DNA from: Gemmatimonadota bacterium | GTDB taxonomy: Bacteria; Gemmatimonadota; Gemmatimonadetes; Longimicrobiales; RSA9 | Direction: 5' to 3' | Assembly: GCA_040905425.1 (NCBI GenBank) | Contig: JBBDRO010000058.1 | Span: forward strand, 7,693 to 28,870 | DNA: 21,178 nt | Shown: one piece after another, positions 16,626 through 21,178 of the stretch | Numbering within the stretch: the stretch's first letter is position 1 | Layout: the number at the start of each line of letters is the position of its first letter | Position numbers and translations under genes: made by a program | The notes under the pieces: generated by a model | The model's input: only the letters and a program-made list of their open reading frames with translations | The model's database searches: none | What the model was told of the DNA's origin: nothing

Positions 16626-17282
16626 TCAGAAGGGTTTGAAGTTAGCGGGGCTCCACCAGAACCCTAACGGTGGCAACATCGGGAGCCGTTGCCGGTCAGA
16701 CGCGATTCGGTCCATTTCAGCACCTACCCCACGTCCGACATGATCTGGAAGAACAACTTGGGCGACGACGAGTTCATTGCACCCGATTAGCTGGATAAGT
16801 GAACGTTCTCGATCGAACTCCACTCTGCTTTCCTGAACGAGGCGCAGGATGGCGTGAATCTCGCCGGCGGCAGATGCCTCCTGGATGTCCTCCAGATCCT
16901 CCATAAAGTTGGGACCCTCACAATCCATATGCCACTCCCAGCAATAACCAGGCGCAGAGGAGTTCCCTTCAGCATGCGATTCGGGATCGTCTGCTAACGG
17001 CTCCCCCTCCGCAGGCTGTATGTAATATGCGAATCCTCCATTGAAGAATTCATGGCAAATGGAGTAATTACAACCGCCTACATCTATCGTAGTACAAAGT
17101 TCGCATTCACCCTGTGCCCACAAGCGAGGGGTAGCGGTTAAGAGATTCATCAACAGAACCAGCCCCATCACACGGAGCGCGAGAGCCAGGCGAACGTTCC
17201 AGACCGGCATCGGTGCCGCGCCTTTGATCGAGATTGACGTGAGCCAGAATGCAACGAGCGCGGTAACGAACAAGTAGCCCAT
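16626..17282 (-). CDS. Secreted protein with Cys/His-rich acidic N-terminal domain
   Basis: GGAGG RBS; hydrophobic leader ending LWA-Q; CELC...C...CH...H...GYCWEWHMDC, then helical region and RSLIQLIGC. Confidence 0.75.
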   Translation of the reverse strand: MGYLFVTALVAFWLTSISIKGAAPMPVWNVRLALALRVMGLVLLMNLLTATPRLWAQGECELCTTIDVGGCNYSICHEFFNGGFAYYIQPAEGEPLADDPESHAEGNSSAPGYCWEWHMDCEGPNFMEDLEDIQEASAAGEIHAILRLVQESRVEFDRERSLIQLIGCNELVVAQVVLPDHVGRGVGAEMDRIASDRQRLPMLPPLGFWWSPANFKPF

Positions 17283-17362
17283 TTCGTCCCTCCGATTTGC
17301 GGTCTGCAGCTAAGGGCTAGTGGCTTCCTCGACGTGACGAAACATCTAGTCTCCTACCTCTA

Positions 17363-17946
17363 TTAACCCGCGAACCTCCTTACCCCCCCCCCGTCCAAAA
17401 AAGAGGACACATCGTCAAAGCCGCTGATTCCCCGCGCCAGCAGGGCATTCTTGATGTTCCGATACGCCGCCGTCTTCCGCTTTTCTAACGCCTTAGGAGT
17501 GGCATTCAGCTCCGCCGCAGCTTCCGCCACCGTGAGTTCCTTGTAGGTCGTGAGCCTCACGGCGGACCGCTGCCTTCTGGGCAGATCGTCCACGATCTCA
17601 GCCAGGAGCCGTTGGAGCGCGGCGGCTCCGATCGCCACGGCGAACTCGCGCGGCCTCGGAGTTCCTGCCTCCGGCGCATGGGCCAGCGGCGCCTGCTTCA
17701 GCAGTCTATCGAGCATCCTCCACGCGTCCCGACGCACGGCCCGGAACAGGTACCGGCGGCGTTTTTGCACAGGTGCCCGTGCCAGAAAATCCTCTGGCAA
17801 CTTGCTGAACACCTCGTGCACCGCGTCCTGCGCGCGCGCAACGTCATGTAGAATCCGGGTGGCGATTCGGATCATCTCCGGCGCGTGCGCTACGTAAGCT
17901 GCGCGACTTCACGCCTGTCGGCCGGGTTGAATGCTGGCTGGGCGAT
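17363..17946 (-). pseudogene. ECF-type sigma-70 factor with ATC at the start position and a -1 frameshift near the 5' end (170-aa ORF from ATG 17875 remains open)
   Basis: AGGAG...ATC GCC CAG CCA versus GTG GCA CAG CCA in copy 2; plus-strand CGTAAGCT at about 17893-17900 versus CGTAAAGCT in copy 2. Confidence 0.75.
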
Positions 17947-18078
17947 GGAACGCACTCCTGCCGGGGGCCCCGCCCTGGGGAAGGCGGCGCCAGATGGACA
18001 CGGGGAGTCTACAACGCCAGCGGATGGCAGGGGGAAAGCCGCGGACGAGGGCGGAGGCTACGGCACCGTCGCACCCCC

Positions 18079-18108
18079 ATGTATACCCCCCGGCGCCTCA
18101 CCGGGCAA
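18079..18108 (-). promoter_or_regulatory. Putative promoter of the sigma gene (equivalents at 13522-13551 and 10510-10539)
   Basis: TTGCCC-17-TATACAT, TTGCCT-17-TAAACAT and TTACCC-17-TAGAAAT; spacing is conserved while spacers diverge. Confidence 0.55.
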
Positions 18109-18197
18109 GAACTTTCTACGACCACCGGCCCTGGCGCATCCGTCCCGCCCCCCCATCTTCACCCGGCCAGAGACCCGTACCGAAGCCCGGAGCCGCA

Positions 18198-19748
18198 TTG
18201 CCCCTCACCGCCCGCGACCGCGCCCTCATCCTCACGGCCATCATGCTGGCGCTCTTCCTGGGCGCGCTGGACCAGACCATCGTGTCCACGGCGCTGCCCG
18301 CCATCGTGGCCGACCTGGAGGGGCTGGACCGCTACGCGTGGGTGGCCACCGCCTACCTGCTGGCCTCCACCTCACTGGTGCCCATCTACGGCAAGCTGGC
18401 CGACATGCACAGCCGGCGGAGCATCGAGCTGGTGGCGGTGGGCCTCTTCCTGACGGGCTCCTTCCTGTGCGGCATCGCCGGCGAGTTCGGAGCGTTGCCG
18501 CTCATCGGCGACGGCATGAACCAGCTGATCCTCTTCCGCGCCATCCAGGGGCTGGGTGGCGCGGGCATCTTCGGCATGGCCTTCATCATCATCGCCGACC
18601 TCTTTCCCCCCTCCGAGCGGGGCAAGTGGCAGGGGCTGATCGGCGCCACCTTCGGCGTGGCCAGCGTGCTGGGCCCGCTCGTGGGCGGCTTCCTCACCGA
18701 TCATGGCGGCGGTCTGATCCCCGGAATCGAGGGCTGGCGCTGGGTCTTCTACGTGAACGTGCCGTTCGGCGCGCTGGCCGTCTGGTTCATCGTGCGCCAC
18801 ATGCCGCCGCTCGTGCCGCCGGGGGAGAAGGCGCGCATCAACCGCGTCTCGGCTGCGCTGCTCGTGCTCGGCCTGGCCACGCTCATCACCGGCCTGCAGC
18901 TGGACAAGCTGCGCTACCCGTGGCTGCCGGGCCTCGGACCAGCGCCGCTGGAAGCCTGGTGGACCGGCTGGGTGACGCTGGGCCTGCTGGCCGTGGCGGC
19001 CGCCGCGCTCACCCTCTTCACGCGCCGCACGCTGCGCGAGCCAAACCCCATCCTGCGGCTCTCCCTCTTCCGCAACCGTGTCTTCTCCACCGCCAACGCC
19101 GCGCAGTTCTTCTTCGGTGCCGTCTTCCTCTCCCTCATCCTCTTCCTGCCGCTCTTCATGGTGAGCGTGGTGGGCGTCTCCGCCACGCGCGCGGGCGTGA
19201 GCCTGATCCCGCTCTCACTCGGGGTGGTGGCGGGCTCCACGCTGGCCGGCCAGCTCGTCTCCCGCATCGGCCACTACCGCCGCATCATGCTGGCGGGCAC
19301 GGCGCTGCTCTTCGTGGGCGTGCTCCTGCTGGCGCGCATGGACGCGGACGTGGCCTACGGCACGGTCACCTTCTACATGGTGCTCTGCGGCCTGGGCATG
19401 GGACCGGCCATGCCGCTCTACGTGTTGGCCATCCAGAACGCCGTGGACGTGCGCTACGTGGGCCAGGCCACCAGCGCCAACCAGTTCTTCCGCCAGATCG
19501 GCGGCATGGTGGGCGCTGCGGTGATGGGCACCATACTGGCCGTGGGGCTCACGGTGGCCGCGGGGGAGGGGCTGACGGTGGGCGCGCCGGGCTCCGCGCC
19601 GCCCCGCGCCTTCGCCGACGCGCTGACACGCATCTTCACGGCGTCGGCCGCACTCGTGGCAGTGGCCGGGCTCATCACCGCCTTCATCCCCGAGCTGCCG
19701 CTGCGCCGCACGCATGACGTGGCGCGCCCGGGGGTGACCGGGGATTAA
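18198..19748 (+). CDS. DHA2 (EmrB/QacA-like) MFS efflux transporter
   Basis: MLALFLGALDQTIVSTALP, WVATAYLL, PIYGKLADMHSRR, FRAIQGLG, GPLVGGFLTD, WRWVFYVNVP; TTG start with GGAG RBS. Confidence 0.93.
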   Translation: MPLTARDRALILTAIMLALFLGALDQTIVSTALPAIVADLEGLDRYAWVATAYLLASTSLVPIYGKLADMHSRRSIELVAVGLFLTGSFLCGIAGEFGALPLIGDGMNQLILFRAIQGLGGAGIFGMAFIIIADLFPPSERGKWQGLIGATFGVASVLGPLVGGFLTDHGGGLIPGIEGWRWVFYVNVPFGALAVWFIVRHMPPLVPPGEKARINRVSAALLVLGLATLITGLQLDKLRYPWLPGLGPAPLEAWWTGWVTLGLLAVAAAALTLFTRRTLREPNPILRLSLFRNRVFSTANAAQFFFGAVFLSLILFLPLFMVSVVGVSATRAGVSLIPLSLGVVAGSTLAGQLVSRIGHYRRIMLAGTALLFVGVLLLARMDADVAYGTVTFYMVLCGLGMGPAMPLYVLAIQNAVDVRYVGQATSANQFFRQIGGMVGAAVMGTILAVGLTVAAGEGLTVGAPGSAPPRAFADALTRIFTASAALVAVAGLITAFIPELPLRRTHDVARPGVTGD

Positions 19749-19761
19749 GCGACGACGCCCC

Positions 19762-21012
19762 TCATCCTTCCTCCGCGCCGGACCCTCCATGATCCATCTT
19801 CGAGATCCGGTACACTCGCACCGTATGGACTCCGAATTCGTCCCTGATTATGCCCCAGACGAGATCACCGCGGAGCCCGCGGCGCATGAATTCCTCCGGC
19901 AGCACGAACCGTCCCTGGTACGCACCGTCCGCCGAGAACAGGTCGTAACCCCACGGTTCCGTCCAGCCGTCATCGGTGCGCACCGACGGCATATGGACGC
20001 CTACGACCATACTGCCATCGTGCCCGAACCACATGCCCCCCGGCCTCAGGATCGGCTTCTCACGAGGCAGCGTCGGACTGCGCTCCAGACCCAACATTTT
20101 CGCGAACTCCTCCATAGTCTGGGCGTGGACCTCCGGTTGCATCAGGACCGGCTCGGCCGGCCGCTCGATGACAAGCGTGTCAGGCCAAGGCTTCCCGGCG
20201 GCCTCGATCGGAACGATCCCGATCCGGTACTCGCCCGTACAGGCCCTGGCGAAGCGGCCTGCGGACCAAACTGTTGCCTCAAAGGGTCCGAATGGAAATC
20301 CGACTGAATTCTCGCACGCTTCTCGCCGGACCCATGCAACGTCGTCCTCTGTGGGGCGGCTCGGCACCGGGATCCGAATCGAATCGAGGGTTGCGCCCTC
20401 TTTGATCCGGAGGAGCCAGATCGCGCGCAACTGCCCGGGCCGTCGTCGATTCGAGTCCTTGAGGTAGACGACTCCCGAGCTATCGGCCAGAATGGCCCCC
20501 GGGGCACTTCCCGTAACCCAAGTACGGCGTGAATCCAGAGTCCAGATATCGTCCAATCGACCGTCGTTCCGGTACAATGTCAGCCGATCCGCCAACTCGC
20601 CATCACGCACGATCACGCGGCCGTCAGGCAGTTCCGCCATGCCCGACGGGATACGATACTCCCCTGGCCCTGCCCCTTCCCTACCCACGCGACGGACGAA
20701 TTCACCGGAAGGCGAATAGATCCGCACCATCGGCTCGGCACCCTGTACTACCCTGGCGCGTCCTCCATCGGAGACCCAGACCTCGCCGCCACGGGTGACG
20801 AGCACGTCATTGATTGCCGCGAACTCGTAGTCACGGCCGGAGCGTGTCTCCCCGATTTCGGCAACCAAGTGCACCGGAAGGCGCAAGGAATCGGGCACTC
20901 CAACGTCGACTCGATCGGCCGGCTCTGAACCACAGCCAAGCGCGAAGAGAGCGGACAGTGCCAGTACCATTTCCGGCGCATGCAGGCTATTACAGGTCAG
21001 TAGCCGAGACAT
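19762..21012 (-). CDS. 6-bladed beta-propeller lipoprotein (E)
   Basis: Lipobox ALGC; VGREGAGPGEY; WGIIRDEFGVHTVRVYRI; ATG at 21012. Confidence 0.85.
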   Translation of the reverse strand: MSRLLTCNSLHAPEMVLALSALFALGCGSEPADRVDVGVPDSLRLPVHLVAEIGETRSGRDYEFAAINDVLVTRGGEVWVSDGGRARVVQGAEPMVRIYSPSGEFVRRVGREGAGPGEYRIPSGMAELPDGRVIVRDGELADRLTLYRNDGRLDDIWTLDSRRTWVTGSAPGAILADSSGVVYLKDSNRRRPGQLRAIWLLRIKEGATLDSIRIPVPSRPTEDDVAWVRREACENSVGFPFGPFEATVWSAGRFARACTGEYRIGIVPIEAAGKPWPDTLVIERPAEPVLMQPEVHAQTMEEFAKMLGLERSPTLPREKPILRPGGMWFGHDGSMVVGVHMPSVRTDDGWTEPWGYDLFSADGAYQGRFVLPEEFMRRGLRGDLVWGIIRDEFGVHTVRVYRISKMDHGGSGAEEG

Positions 21013-21044
21013 GCATGTAGCGGTGGAGCGCTTCCGAATAGGCC

Positions 21045-21178
21045 TCAGGTAGCTCCCCCATCGCAAGGGGTGTCCACCTCGGGATCGCAGCAGGTGCACA
21101 GTTCCCAGACCGGTCCGCCTGCATGTCCCAAGCATTCTTGCGCATCAGCCTCGCAGAAGTGGTGTTGCTGCACGCACT
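21045..21178 (-). CDS. C-terminal part of a small acidic Cys-rich protein (partial; not in the ORF track)
   Basis: Frame from 21176 reads CVQQHHFCEADAQECLGHAGGPVWELCTCCDPEVDTPCDGGAT* (7 Cys in 43 aa, no K/R), ending 32 nt before propeller E. Confidence 0.7.
   Translation of the reverse strand, partial: CVQQHHFCEADAQECLGHAGGPVWELCTCCDPEVDTPCDGGAT

Larger units (their letters stand above)
17352..18461. repeat. Copy 3 of the repeated module (continues into the intact MFS gene)
   Basis: Direct repeat of 12797-13905. Confidence 0.95.

Noticed and set aside
17885..19717. 610-aa plus-strand ORF and the extended 17931 start of the MFS
   Set aside because: The long ORF is an off-frame shadow; the extension crosses the intergenic region, and TTG 18198 has an RBS conserved in copy 2.
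5900..21178. Integron or CRISPR interpretation of the array
   Set aside because: No integrase, attC-like sites, cas genes or short regularly spaced repeats; the repeats are gene-derived and kilobases apart.

Overview
High-GC bacterial DNA; the gene repertoire suggests Gemmatimonadota or similar (inference). The left part (1-5900) holds the 5' half of a ZnuD-like TonB-dependent receptor preceded by a Cys/His-containing upstream ORF ending in a RAPP ribosome-arrest motif, a four-gene membrane-protein/winged-HTH operon, and two divergent toxin-antitoxin pairs (MntA-HepT; BrnT with an XRE-HTH antitoxin) with apparently leaderless promoters. The right part (5900-21178) is a tandem array of variable, mostly lower-GC, minus-strand cassettes. 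Each cassette ends in a 6-bladed beta-propeller (lipo)protein gene, and three of them carry a small acidic Cys-rich protein gene upstream. The cassettes are separated by four copies of one conserved [ECF sigma <- intergenic -> MFS] module. These copies shrink from right to left: full MFS, then MFS 5' fragment, then intergenic region only, then a 25-50 bp relic. Both sigma copies carry different lesions. A complete IS1634 element (17-bp IRs, TCATG target duplication) splits the signal peptide of one propeller gene. The main candidate for an undescribed system is this polarised array of Cys-rich peptide/beta-propeller cassettes anchored on a repeated ECF sigma module.
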